Positions 1-9,897 are shown, numbered from the stretch's first letter. The stretch: DNA of 64,000 nt from an uncultured Calditrichaceae bacterium (GCA_964495805.1 CAZBWV010000038.1:14676-78675); one strand, 5' to 3'. Notes: a model not told the origin generated them from the sequence alone. Numbers and translations: made by a program.

Positions 1-1270
1 TTTCGGAAAACGCCGGATCACGCTCGGATTCTTTTTTCTCCTTTTCGATGGCGTAGCGGTAAGCCTGATACACCGTGGCGGGAAGACTGGCAAAGGAGAG
101 TGCCCGCAGCACATTTCGGCGCTGAGCGTAGGTCATCAGGTTATCATAAAGCTTGCCGATATCCTGCAACACATGGCCGTACTTTTTCTTCATTTCCGGA
201 TGGGAATCGATGTACGCTTGCAGTTCCTGCTCCATCTTGCGTTTCTTTTCCAGCAAATGCAATTTCCGGAAGCCATCCAGCATTCCCTGATTGTTCTTCA
301 ACCCATTGTTCAAACCTTTGATGAATCCGCTCACTTTAATGGCGACTTCGGGATTCTTCTTCGCTTCCTGCTCCAGGGTATGGATGGCAGTCTGAAACAG
401 ATCAATCTGGAAAGGATAATTCACATTCTGATGGTAAGCGATGGAATAGGAAGAACGGTACCGATAGGTACGTCCCGGATAACCCATGATAAAGGTAAAA
501 TCGCCTTCACGGACTCCTGCACGAGAAATGGGGAAATAAACATCTGTTTTCAGTGGCACGTTCTCTTTGGAATAATCGGCAGGATTTCCTTTTTTATCCG
601 CATACACACGGAAGAAGGAAAAGTCGCCGGTGTGGCGTGGCCACATCCAGTTGTCGATGTCGCCTCCGTAATTTCCGATAGATTGGGGTGGTGCGTACAC
701 CAGCCGCACATCTTTGTACCGCCTGTACAGGAAAAGGTAGTACTTCATACCGCTGAACATTTCCACCACTTCCGCTTCCAGATGTTTTTTCTTGTTCTCG
801 TATTTGTCTTCTATCTCTTTTTGCCTGTGCGCCAGTGCTTCGTAGCGTTCCAGGGGTGTCATCCCTTCGTGCACTGCTTTGAGCACCTCGTCTGTGACAT
901 CCTTAAAATCCACCGTAAAGACCACCTCGTATCCGGGGATGGGAATTTCTTCTTCCCGGGAGCGGGCAATAAACCCTTTCTGGATGTAGTTTTGCTCCGG
1001 TGTGGAAGCCCGCTGGATGGCACCAAACGCCACATGGTGATTGGTGAGAATCAGTCCGTTGGGCGATACCACCTCCCCCGTGCCTCCGTCAATTATCACC
1101 ACAGCATCTTTGAGGTGGTACACCTGCTCCGGGGAGAGCTGCAATCCCCGTTGCTGCATCTGCTTCCAGGGTAAATCCTTCAGCTGGTCCAGCAGCCACA
1201 TGCCTTCGTCGGCAAAGGCAAAATTCATCAATAAAAACAAAGCCACAAAAAACACAACCAGGCGTCTCAT
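1..1270 (-). CDS. S46 family dipeptidyl peptidase (DPP7/DPP11-like), truncated by the window edge; missing from the ORF track
   Basis: Manual minus-strand translation from ATG at 1270: MRRLVVFFVALFLLMNFAFADEGMWLLDQL...GGTGEVVSPNGLILTNHHVAFGAIQ. Signal peptide plus the DEGMW and TNHH hallmarks of S46; frame runs off position 1. Confidence 0.9.
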   Translation of the reverse strand, partial: MRRLVVFFVALFLLMNFAFADEGMWLLDQLKDLPWKQMQQRGLQLSPEQVYHLKDAVVIIDGGTGEVVSPNGLILTNHHVAFGAIQRASTPEQNYIQKGFIARSREEEIPIPGYEVVFTVDFKDVTDEVLKAVHEGMTPLERYEALAHRQKEIEDKYENKKKHLEAEVVEMFSGMKYYLFLYRRYKDVRLVYAPPQSIGNYGGDIDNWMWPRHTGDFSFFRVYADKKGNPADYSKENVPLKTDVYFPISRAGVREGDFTFIMGYPGRTYRYRSSYSIAYHQNVNYPFQIDLFQTAIHTLEQEAKKNPEVAIKVSGFIKGLNNGLKNNQGMLDGFRKLHLLEKKRKMEQELQAYIDSHPEMKKKYGHVLQDIGKLYDNLMTYAQRRNVLRALSFASLPATVYQAYRYAIEKEKKESERDPAFSE

Positions 1271-1284
1271 AGAAGTCCTCCAGA

Positions 1285-2211
1285 TTAAATGGTATGTACA
1301 AACGTTTCCTTCTTTTCCCGGGCAATGAGATGGTTCACTCTCCGATCGGTTGCCCGGCTTCCCCGAATCCCGATGATGAGTCCCATACTCAGACCCGCCA
1401 GCACATCGGTAAAGTAGTGATACTGTCCGTAAACAGTAGCAAGAGAAAGGCAGATGAGCATGGGTAAAATGACCAGATAAGCGATTCTGGGGCGAAATTT
1501 ACGGACGAACAGAAAAATAACCGTGGCGACACCAACGTGAGAGCTGGGAAATGCCCCACCGCGGAATCCAACCCCGCTCATGAACTGACGCAGCCAGTTG
1601 CCCAGTGTGTAAGTATGGTAGGAAGCATGAATCTGCTCAGCCAGATAAAAGCGAGGTCCGGCGACCGGAAACAGGATGAAAATGAAATAGGAAAGGAAAA
1701 ACGTCAACGTGACATAGTGAACTAACTTTTCGAACAAATAGTACTTCCGGGAAAGGTAAAAAATAAATCCTCCCAGGGGAATGGTAAGCCAGTAAATGCT
1801 ATATGAAATTTGCATGACTTCGGTCAACAAAGGCGAAACCCACTGCTGTACCCACAGGTTGGGTAATACGCCAAAAAGGGCTTTATCCACCCCTAATATC
1901 CAGGGATCAAATTCGCGGGGTGTGATCATGTGAATCAGCGGTCCGACTTCCATATACAGAAACGGGAAGCTCATAACCACATACCAGTACCGGAAAAAGT
2001 GTACCACGGGATGCCGAAAGCCATCCAGGTAGGGCATCAGGAAAACAATGGCAACGCTCAGAACCAGATGAGCCACCAGATACAGTCCCCAGTGCGGTAC
2101 GTTATTATGAAATACCCCAATAAGGACCGTGAGGAAAAACCAGTACACAATCAGGTTTTTATCGAACAATTTTAACGAATGCCAGCGGTTAATCAAATAT
2201 TTCCATTCCAT
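1285..2211 (-). CDS. PAP2-family membrane phosphatase/phosphotransferase (Aur1/IPC-synthase-like)
   Basis: Multi-TM protein with motifs PVAGPRF, AFPSSHVG and QYHYFTDVLAG. Confidence 0.85.
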   Translation of the reverse strand: MEWKYLINRWHSLKLFDKNLIVYWFFLTVLIGVFHNNVPHWGLYLVAHLVLSVAIVFLMPYLDGFRHPVVHFFRYWYVVMSFPFLYMEVGPLIHMITPREFDPWILGVDKALFGVLPNLWVQQWVSPLLTEVMQISYSIYWLTIPLGGFIFYLSRKYYLFEKLVHYVTLTFFLSYFIFILFPVAGPRFYLAEQIHASYHTYTLGNWLRQFMSGVGFRGGAFPSSHVGVATVIFLFVRKFRPRIAYLVILPMLICLSLATVYGQYHYFTDVLAGLSMGLIIGIRGSRATDRRVNHLIAREKKETFVHTI

Positions 2212-2265
2212 ATTATTGTCCGAAAGTGGATTACGCAGGTTTTGCTGAAAAGTTACCGGGCTTTA

Positions 2266-4206
2266 TTATTCCACATACAGCAGAATCATGGTCACGTCAT
2301 CACTTAGCTCTTTTCGGGCACTGAACCGCCGAATAGCTTCCAGAATCAGCTCCTTAAGCTGATGGGGTGGTGTTCCGTAATGTTTCTTAATCAAATTCAC
2401 CAATCGCTGTTCACCGAATTCCTGATCGCGCTTATTTTTCACTTCGGTCACCCCGTCGGTGTACAGGATGAGATAATCGCCGGATTTCAGTTCCACGGTT
2501 TCCTGACGATATTGCTGATCGGGCAGAAATCCCAGCACGATGCCACCGGTATCCAGCTGGCGGACGGACAGGTCTTTGCGCACCAGCAGAGGCGGATTGT
2601 GCCCTGCATTGGTAAAAGTAAATCGGCGGGTATGCCGATCGATGACGCCAAAGAAGAAGGTCGCATAATACCCTTCTGCGGTGGTTTCGGTGAGCAGGTT
2701 GTTCAACCTGGCTACAATTTCCACCACCGGATAAATTTCCTTGAGCAGGCTCTTGAACCCCGCATAAAGCATCGCCATCAAAATGGAAGCAGGTGCTCCT
2801 TTGCCGGACACGTCGCCAATGGCCAGCCCCAGCATATTCTGTGAAGTACGGAACACATCGAAAAAATCCCCCCCGACAATACGTGCGGGAATGTTTACCG
2901 TGCTAATCTGGAACCCTTCGAAACGGGGTGGGCGCTCCGGTAACAGCGCCTTCTGAACACGGGAGGCAATAAGCAATTCGCTCTCCAGCCGTTTTTTCAT
3001 AACCGCTTCTTCAAACAGCTGAGCGTTTGCAATGGCTATGACCGCCTGGCTGGCAAACGTCTCCAGCAGTTCCAGGTCTGCGGGGGTAAAATGGTTCAGC
3101 AAATCGCTTTCCACGGCAATCACCCCCATCACCTGGTTGCCATACAATAGCGGCACGGTAAGCTGAGAACGAGTGGATGGCCGCACTGAACAATATTCCG
3201 GTGAGCGGGAGACATCATTGATGATGCTTGGCTTTTTGGTGGCAATCACTTTGCCGTAGATTCCTTTGTTCAACTTCAGGTGGATTTTGTCCAGCAGTTT
3301 CGGGTCGTATCCCCGGGTGACCACCCGACGTAACTCTTTGCGATGACGATCGATGAGAAAAATCCCCCCGGCATCGAAACTTACCAGCTGACTGATGGAA
3401 TCCATAATGGCGTTGAGCACCTCATCCAGTTTCAGACTGGCGGAAATTTTCTTCCCCACCTCCAGCAGCAGCCTATCCTGCAACGACTTCCGCTTAACTT
3501 CCGAATACAGCTGGGCGTTTTCCATAATGTCCGATGTCTTCTGAAATACGCGAATAAACAATTCCCGAATACTGTGGAAATAAATGTATCGATTCAAAGA
3601 ACTATCGAACAGCAGAAAACCGATATGGCCTTTAAAACTAATCATGGGGAAAAAATAATAGAACCGGCCTTCCGGGAGGGTACTAAGCAATTCGTCAATC
3701 AGGGGATGTTGCCCGCGCAATTTATGCAGCGGATAAAAATTTACATTCTCTTTGAACAGATTGAGAAATCCTTTTTTATTTTCTACCTTAATCAAACTGG
3801 GCAGGGGTAAATCCGCGGGATGGTAAGCCATCAGCTCATAGTCGCGTCCCCAGCAAAGATAAAACGCCCAGGCATGGTCGGAAAAATTTTCCTGAAGGAA
3901 TTTTTTAAATTTCTGAATCAGCACCGGGTATTCCAGAGTGGCATTCAGTTCCCGATTAAATTGCTGGAAAGAAGTGGAGATGCGATACAACTCCTGATAA
4001 AAATTTCGATCCACAAAATTCCGAATAAAACGGGTGATCTCTTCATAGTAATACAATCCGGGGATCAGGACCAGAAAGAATGCCAACAGCGAGGAATGAA
4101 CTCCCAACCAGGAGAGAAAAACGGAAACAAGCACAAACCAAAGGGCGAACAGTGCACTGGTTAGCAGAATGCGTAATGTTTTTTTAAAAAAGGGGCTTTG
4201 CTTCAC
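2266..4206 (-). CDS. GAF-domain PP2C/SpoIIE (RsbU-like) serine phosphatase with N-terminal TM helices
   Basis: GAF region followed by PP2C motifs VGGDFFD, IGDVSGKG, NAGHNPP, YTDGVTE, DDVT; GTG start. Confidence 0.88.
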   Translation of the reverse strand: MKQSPFFKKTLRILLTSALFALWFVLVSVFLSWLGVHSSLLAFFLVLIPGLYYYEEITRFIRNFVDRNFYQELYRISTSFQQFNRELNATLEYPVLIQKFKKFLQENFSDHAWAFYLCWGRDYELMAYHPADLPLPSLIKVENKKGFLNLFKENVNFYPLHKLRGQHPLIDELLSTLPEGRFYYFFPMISFKGHIGFLLFDSSLNRYIYFHSIRELFIRVFQKTSDIMENAQLYSEVKRKSLQDRLLLEVGKKISASLKLDEVLNAIMDSISQLVSFDAGGIFLIDRHRKELRRVVTRGYDPKLLDKIHLKLNKGIYGKVIATKKPSIINDVSRSPEYCSVRPSTRSQLTVPLLYGNQVMGVIAVESDLLNHFTPADLELLETFASQAVIAIANAQLFEEAVMKKRLESELLIASRVQKALLPERPPRFEGFQISTVNIPARIVGGDFFDVFRTSQNMLGLAIGDVSGKGAPASILMAMLYAGFKSLLKEIYPVVEIVARLNNLLTETTAEGYYATFFFGVIDRHTRRFTFTNAGHNPPLLVRKDLSVRQLDTGGIVLGFLPDQQYRQETVELKSGDYLILYTDGVTEVKNKRDQEFGEQRLVNLIKKHYGTPPHQLKELILEAIRRFSARKELSDDVTMILLYVE

Positions 4207-4559
4207 CGAAAATCACTCCAAATCAGAAATTAAATATACCAGTTGGACGCTCTTGAAATCAAGATATTGAAAATTTAACCCTGTAGTGGGGAGGAAGTTT
4301 CCGGAAAAAAAATCGAATTAAACAGGAAGGGAACACGAAATCATCCGCCAGTAAATTACCAGATACAACTTTCTTTCCACCTCCCGGGAAGTCAATTATT
4401 CCGAACAGAATATCAGGAGAGGTGGAAGGATGCAGGGAATTCCGACAATGCAAGAAATTTTTCTTTTTTTTCAAAAAAATAAAAATTGCGGAACTTTGTG
4501 GCAAAATACGGGTTTGTTTAATCTAATTTATGTGAAGTTAAACTAAACCGGAACGTATC

Positions 4560-5462
4560 ATGAATTTATTCAAGCAAGTTGAAAATTGGAAGGACGTGCT
4601 GGATCGTCTTTCCGCCATCCGGGAACAAGAGGACTATACCCCCGAGAACGTGGAATACATTCGGGAGAGTCTGCAATCTCCCGACGAAAAAATTCGGGGT
4701 GGTGCAGCACTGGCGGCAGAAGGTTGCCTGCTGGAGCCGCACATTCTGGACCTGCTCATCCATCTGGCAGAAAACGATAGCAGTAACGCCATTCGCAAAG
4801 CCGCTCTGCAATCGCTGGGAGGCATTATTTACGAAGGTGTGATGCAGGATTTTGAATCGTCCACCGGGCCGGACACCGCCCTGGACGAATCTGAGGAGTG
4901 GGACGAAATTCAACTGGAAAGCTTGCGCGAGGATTACCTGCGCACCAAGAATCTGCTTTTCTCCATTCTGCAAAACGAAGAAGAAGATCTAGAAATACGC
5001 GAAGCGGCTCTGATGTCCCTGAGCAATTTAGGATTTCTGGAAGAGGTTCGCGAATGGATTTCCGATTTCATTCATATGCCGGAAGAATCCGCGCGACTGG
5101 TGGCATTACATGCCATGGGTAAATTCCCGCTCTATTGGATCCAGACTCTCAGCAAATTTCTGGAACCGGGACAACCCAAACCTCTTCTGTTAGAAGCCAT
5201 CAGCTCCAGTTATGCTTCGGATTCGGAACTACTGGCACGGAAGATCGAACAGCTCCTCTCCTCCGACGATCCGGATATTCTTTCGTACGCCCTGTTAACG
5301 CTGGCCAATCTGAACAAAACGGAAAATTTAGGCGAAATTTTACAGAACTTCAGCCTGCATCAGGATGAGCGGGTACGCAAAGCAGCACGAGAAGGGATTG
5401 AACACTTCACCCGACTCAATTTCGAACGCTACATCAAAGACGAATTTGGTTTTCAGGAATAG
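4560..5462 (+). CDS. HEAT-repeat protein
   Basis: Repeated acidic helical units (DEKIRGGAALA, NAIRKAALQSLG, LEIREAALMSL, ERVRKAAREGI). Confidence 0.75.
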   Translation: MNLFKQVENWKDVLDRLSAIREQEDYTPENVEYIRESLQSPDEKIRGGAALAAEGCLLEPHILDLLIHLAENDSSNAIRKAALQSLGGIIYEGVMQDFESSTGPDTALDESEEWDEIQLESLREDYLRTKNLLFSILQNEEEDLEIREAALMSLSNLGFLEEVREWISDFIHMPEESARLVALHAMGKFPLYWIQTLSKFLEPGQPKPLLLEAISSSYASDSELLARKIEQLLSSDDPDILSYALLTLANLNKTENLGEILQNFSLHQDERVRKAAREGIEHFTRLNFERYIKDEFGFQE

Positions 5463-5517
5463 CGATTCGGGAAAGTTTAACCGGATGTTTCATTTCAAGG
5501 AAGAAAACACCTGAATA

Positions 5518-5549
5518 CCGGCAGTTATTCTGCATGAAATAACTGCCGG
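5518..5549. terminator. Hairpin between the convergent HEAT and prk genes (probable bidirectional terminator)
   Basis: Perfect 12-bp stem ccggcagttatt / aataactgccgg with 8-nt loop. Confidence 0.7.
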
Positions 5550-5563
5550 AACAGGTACATTAT

Positions 5564-6496
5564 TTATTTTTCGGTTACCTTCAGCGTGTTCAACAGATGG
5601 TACACAATAAGCAGCTGAGTTAATGCCAGCGGATAGCTGATTTTTGTTACTTCACCATCCTGATATTCTCCGATGGTGGTGTTTCGCAACTCTTCAAATC
5701 CCGGTAAATGCCGCCAGATGGTCTCTTCCATTTCCTGAGCCTTTTCCGGCGGCGTGTCGCCGGTAATATGCAAAAAGTCCACCGGACGCCCCTCGTCGCG
5801 CCCAAGCGTGACTGAGATGCATTTGTTCCGCGCATTGGGTGTATCGTCGATGAAGTCGGAAAAATCGGGATGCGGAATGGTGGGACGCAGCACCAGATTC
5901 ACATTCAGATGCCCACCGGTTTCTTCCTTTTTCCCCTCCGGCCGATAGAAATTTACCACAATATCTGCATAGGAGCGCTGGGGACGGATGTAGGTTTTGG
6001 AATCGTGCTCCCTGGCTTTGATGGCTTTAAGCACTTCTTCTTCGGTGTAACCACGTTTGGTGGTATCCCGCTTTATTTTCCATTTAATGCGCAATTCTTC
6101 TTCCGGGTCCAGATACACTTTGACATCAAACACATCGCGCATCCGACGGGTGTAAAAAGGGAGCAATCCCTCAATAATCACAAAATCGCGTGGTTTCACG
6201 TACTCCGGCGGATCGAAATCGCCGGTGGAGTGGTTGTACACCGGTTTCAGGATCGGTTTGCCCTCCCGAAGCAGGCGGATGTGCTGCTCCATGATGTCGA
6301 TGTAGTTACAGTCCGGATGCAGGGCGGTAATACCCAATTCTTTACGCTGTTTCCGATTGTACTTGTGGTAATCATCCGCACAGATGTTGGTCACCCGGTC
6401 GGGTCCCAGAATTTTCTCAATCCCCTTGGAAATTGTCGTCTTACCAGCGGCACTATCCCCCACAATTCCCAGCATGATAGGTCCTTTTGGTCGCAT
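5564..6496 (-). CDS. prk: Phosphoribulokinase (cyanobacterial/Chloroflexi-like type)
   Basis: P-loop GIVGDSAAGKTT, ICADDYH, KPVYNHSTG, EGL, KIKRDTTKRGY. Start moved from the track's 6613 to ATG 6496, which follows an AAGGAG RBS. Lies in the RuBisCO cluster. Confidence 0.92.
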   Translation of the reverse strand: MRPKGPIMLGIVGDSAAGKTTISKGIEKILGPDRVTNICADDYHKYNRKQRKELGITALHPDCNYIDIMEQHIRLLREGKPILKPVYNHSTGDFDPPEYVKPRDFVIIEGLLPFYTRRMRDVFDVKVYLDPEEELRIKWKIKRDTTKRGYTEEEVLKAIKAREHDSKTYIRPQRSYADIVVNFYRPEGKKEETGGHLNVNLVLRPTIPHPDFSDFIDDTPNARNKCISVTLGRDEGRPVDFLHITGDTPPEKAQEMEETIWRHLPGFEELRNTTIGEYQDGEVTKISYPLALTQLLIVYHLLNTLKVTEK

Positions 6497-6621
6497 GACG
6501 TTTTCTCCTTCCTTTTTTATATTCCTGTGAAAAAAACACTCCTTTTCTGTCTTTACCCGAATATGGGCAAAGACTCTCTTTCCTTGTCCGGAAACTGACC
6601 GGCGAAGGCCCATGTTTCAGG

Positions 6622-7350
6622 TTATTTCTGCACTACTCTGCGAAACAGGTTCAAAGATTGAGCGTGTATGGTTTCCAGCAAGTTCAGATTGAATCCGGAA
6701 GCGCCCGGTGCCACTAAAATGGCATGGGCAAATGAGCTCCCGAAGGTGTAATCGTTATAAAACACCACCGTAGGAATTCCCGCTGCCACAGCCGCGCGAA
6801 GTCCTTCTTCGGAATCTTCCACTGCCAGGGTTTCTTCGGCAGCGTATCCGGTTTGCTCCAGACACATCGGATACAGTTTTCCTTCCGGGCCGGTCTTGGG
6901 ACCACTTTCTTTTCCCAGTATTACCCGGAAATGGGTGGCAAATTCGCTCAGCTGGTTCTGGAGCAGAGCCCGGATTTGCGTCTCGTAGGAGGTGGAGACA
7001 ATCGCCAGTTCCATGCCACGCTGGACCGCTTCGGCAATCAGTTCCCGGATACCCTCACGCAGGCGAAGCGTCGGTAAATATTTCTCGATGTAAATGCGCT
7101 GCTTTAACGGAGCAAACTTACTCACAATCTCTTCAATTTCCCCGGCGGGAAGACCCTGATCGGTCAGGGTCTTCCGCAACCGATTCACATTGCCCGGAAT
7201 AGGGAGCAGCTCCAGAAACTCCTCCCACGACCAGCGAATCGACAGTCCCAGCTGTTCCATGGCGTCGTTGCTGGCCGGGAGGTGACCGTACCGTTCACTA
7301 TCCACCAATGTTCCATCGACATCGAAAATCAGTAACTTCAATTCAGGCAA
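6622..7350 (-). CDS. cbbY: HAD-IA hydrolase, CbbY-like (xylulose-1,5-bisphosphate phosphatase)
   Basis: FDVDGTLVDSE motif I, LAIVST, AVEDSEEG; located between cbbM and prk; TTG start after a GGAG RBS. Confidence 0.8.
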   Translation of the reverse strand: MPELKLLIFDVDGTLVDSERYGHLPASNDAMEQLGLSIRWSWEEFLELLPIPGNVNRLRKTLTDQGLPAGEIEEIVSKFAPLKQRIYIEKYLPTLRLREGIRELIAEAVQRGMELAIVSTSYETQIRALLQNQLSEFATHFRVILGKESGPKTGPEGKLYPMCLEQTGYAAEETLAVEDSEEGLRAAVAAGIPTVVFYNDYTFGSSFAHAILVAPGASGFNLNLLETIHAQSLNLFRRVVQK

Positions 7351-7403
7351 CGCTTCACTCCTGCTTGATAAATGGGTCTCTGTTATGCGTCAAAACGTAT
7401 GGT

Positions 7404-8810
7404 TTATTCCAGAAAATCTTTCAGTTTTTCCCGCCATCCGGGATACAGGCGATCGGCGTCGTGCGGGAAGGAAACAAAAGCCCGGGCAAACGCGCGGTGT
7501 TCTTTGGCAAACTCAAACACATCCGCCCCTTCGCGCCACATCTGTTCGGCCTGGCGCATGGATTTGGCTCCTTCTGCCGGTCCGTCCACATGTCCGTAAC
7601 AGCCACCGCCAGCGGTCATAATCACGTTGGAGTGCCCCAGATTCTCGAAGAAACCGGGTGCGCGCAGGGCGTTCATTCCGCCGGAAATAATCGGCGTGGT
7701 GGGTTTCATACCCAGCCAATCCTGATGGTACATGGGTCCATCCGCCGCATCGGCTGTAATCATTTCGGCAATCATCTTGTCGTCCTTGTAACCTTCCATC
7801 TTCCCAAATCCCATGGTTCCCACATGGATTCCGGAGGCACCCTGCAACCGTGCCATTTTCGCCAGTACAAATGCCGAATAACCGCGGTTGGTGCGGGGAG
7901 AGGTCACCATTCCGTGACCGGCCCGGTGGTAATGCAGGAATTGATTGGGGAAGTGCCGTCGGGCAGTGGTAATCGCAGCGGGTCCACCGACAAATCCATC
8001 CACCAGAAAAGCCACGTGATGGGCAAATTCCCCGAACTGTTCCAGAATGTACTCTCCACGGGCAATCATTTCGAACGGATCATCTGCGGTAATGTTGGCA
8101 GAAAAGAGTTTGGCCTTGCCGGTCTTGTCCTGAGCGCGCTTCATGGCATCCACCACCAGGGGAATCACCTTCTTCATCGGAGCAAAAACCTGATTGCCCT
8201 GCGGTTCGTCATTCTTAATAAAATCGCCTTCCAGCCAGAACTCATAGGCTGCTTTGGCAAATGGCTCGGGTCGCAAACCCAGCTTGGGTTTAATGATGGT
8301 TCCCACAATAAAACCACCGTTCACCACCGGACGTCCCAGCACGCGCCACAAATCGGCAATTCCCTTGGAGGGTCCATCGAACAGCTGCAAATAGCGCGGC
8401 GGGAAATAAAAATCGTACATCTTGGCATATTCAATATCTGCCATTCCCTGGTTATTCCCAATGGCCAGAGTCAGAAACGACACAATCATTGCCCGTCCAT
8501 CGATGATGTTGCGATCGAACAGTTCCACCGGATAAGCGATTTTCATTTCTTCCTTTTCCGGGTCGATAAAATAAACCGTCGCATCGATTTTACGGGTGAA
8601 ATCGTCAGTCGTTTTCACCTCCACATTGGTGCCGGTGGAAGATTCCGCAGCAAAGTGCGCCGCCGCCCGTAAATAATCCCCGGGGGATTTCGGATCGGGA
8701 TAGTGTTTGGGATTGGGTTTCATCTTGTAGTAAGCCAGCACAAAATCCCCGCTGCGGATTAAATCCTCTTCTTTGAGATTCAGATTGGTGTACCGGAGAG
8801 ATTGATCCAT
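7404..8810 (-). CDS. cbbM: Ribulose-1,5-bisphosphate carboxylase/oxygenase, Form II
   Basis: MDQS start, [61 protein letters not shown]: the full catalytic set. AAAGGAG RBS; no small subunit nearby. Confidence 0.98.
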   Translation of the reverse strand: MDQSLRYTNLNLKEEDLIRSGDFVLAYYKMKPNPKHYPDPKSPGDYLRAAAHFAAESSTGTNVEVKTTDDFTRKIDATVYFIDPEKEEMKIAYPVELFDRNIIDGRAMIVSFLTLAIGNNQGMADIEYAKMYDFYFPPRYLQLFDGPSKGIADLWRVLGRPVVNGGFIVGTIIKPKLGLRPEPFAKAAYEFWLEGDFIKNDEPQGNQVFAPMKKVIPLVVDAMKRAQDKTGKAKLFSANITADDPFEMIARGEYILEQFGEFAHHVAFLVDGFVGGPAAITTARRHFPNQFLHYHRAGHGMVTSPRTNRGYSAFVLAKMARLQGASGIHVGTMGFGKMEGYKDDKMIAEMITADAADGPMYHQDWLGMKPTTPIISGGMNALRAPGFFENLGHSNVIMTAGGGCYGHVDGPAEGAKSMRQAEQMWREGADVFEFAKEHRAFARAFVSFPHDADRLYPGWREKLKDFLE

Positions 8811-8907
8811 GATTAAACTCCTTTATGTTTTATAACTCCGTTATTTTTAAAATAAGACATGTGATATTTTTCTTTTTTTGAATATTCTATTCCAATATGG
8901 CAAACGT

Positions 8908-9897
8908 TTAATCGTATTGAATGGAACTGATGCGCATGAGTTTTTCGAAGGAATGATGCGATTCAATGTAGCGAATGGTACCGGTTTTTCCCCGCATGAC
9001 CATGGAGTGAGTCACGGCTCCGCGACCGGTGTACCGCACTCCTTTCAGGAAAGTGCCTCCGGAGATACCGGTGGCAGCAAAGAAGATGTCGTCGCTGGTA
9101 ATCAGCTCATCAACATTCAGTATGCGGTTGATGTCGTATCCCGCAGCCAGCACGTTCTCTTTTTCTTTTTCAGATTGAGGGTCCAACCGGGCTAATATTT
9201 CGCCACCCAGAATTTTAATCGCTGTGGCAGCCAGCACACCCTCCGGTGTTCCGCCGGTTCCCATCATCACATCCACATCGGAATCCGGAGAAACCGCCAT
9301 CAGCGCCCCGGCCACATCGCCATCGGTATGTAACTGAATGCGTGCACCCGCCTTGCGAATGTCCGCAATCAGTTGCTGATGCCGGGGTTTGTCCAGTACA
9401 AATACCACCAGATCGTCCACATCCTTACCTAATGCTTTGGCAATGTTTTTCAGATTATCTTCCACAGGTGCTTCCAGATCGATGACATTTCGGGCTTCCG
9501 GACCTACCACCAATTTTTTCATATAAAAAGCTGGTCCGGGATTAAACATGGTGCCCCGCGGGGCAATGGAAATGACCGAAATCGCATTGGGGCGTCCAAA
9601 AGCCAGCAAACGCGTCCCCTCCACCGGATCTACCGCCACATCCATTTTGGGACCCTTACCGGTACCGACCCGTTCTCCGTTGTAGAGCATGGGTGCCTGA
9701 TCTTTCTCTCCTTCTCCGATCACCACAATGCCATCGATGTCGATCACGTTAAAGCTCATCCGCATGGCATCCACAGCGGCGCCGTCTCCGGCTTCCTTAT
9801 CCCCCTTGCCCAGCCAGCGGGCAGCAGCCAGGGCGGCTGCTTCGGTTACCCGAACCAGGTCCAAAGCCAGATTTCGTTGAGGTGCTTCTTTCGCCAT
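8908..9897 (-). CDS. glpX: Class II fructose-1,6-bisphosphatase (probable FBP/SBPase)
   Basis: RVTEAAA, AVDAMR, VIGEGEKD, AVDPVEGT, DGDV, GGTPEGV. Confidence 0.95.
   Translation of the reverse strand: MAKEAPQRNLALDLVRVTEAAALAAARWLGKGDKEAGDGAAVDAMRMSFNVIDIDGIVVIGEGEKDQAPMLYNGERVGTGKGPKMDVAVDPVEGTRLLAFGRPNAISVISIAPRGTMFNPGPAFYMKKLVVGPEARNVIDLEAPVEDNLKNIAKALGKDVDDLVVFVLDKPRHQQLIADIRKAGARIQLHTDGDVAGALMAVSPDSDVDVMMGTGGTPEGVLAATAIKILGGEILARLDPQSEKEKENVLAAGYDINRILNVDELITSDDIFFAATGISGGTFLKGVRYTGRGAVTHSMVMRGKTGTIRYIESHHSFEKLMRISSIQYD

Noticed and set aside
173-1174. 333-aa plus-strand ORF
   Set aside because: Antisense shadow of the S46 peptidase; no recognisable motifs.
7308-8672. 454-aa ORF antisense to cbbM
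   Set aside because: Shadow frame typical of strongly codon-biased genes; no motifs or RBS. The same applies to 5870-6598, 11651-12496, 18976-19884, 20970-21665 and 31173-31865.
7404-8810. Possibility that this is a RuBisCO-like protein (Form IV) or Form II/III
   Set aside because: All catalytic residues and Form II signatures are present, PRK is adjacent, and no long C-terminal assembly-domain insertion is evident.
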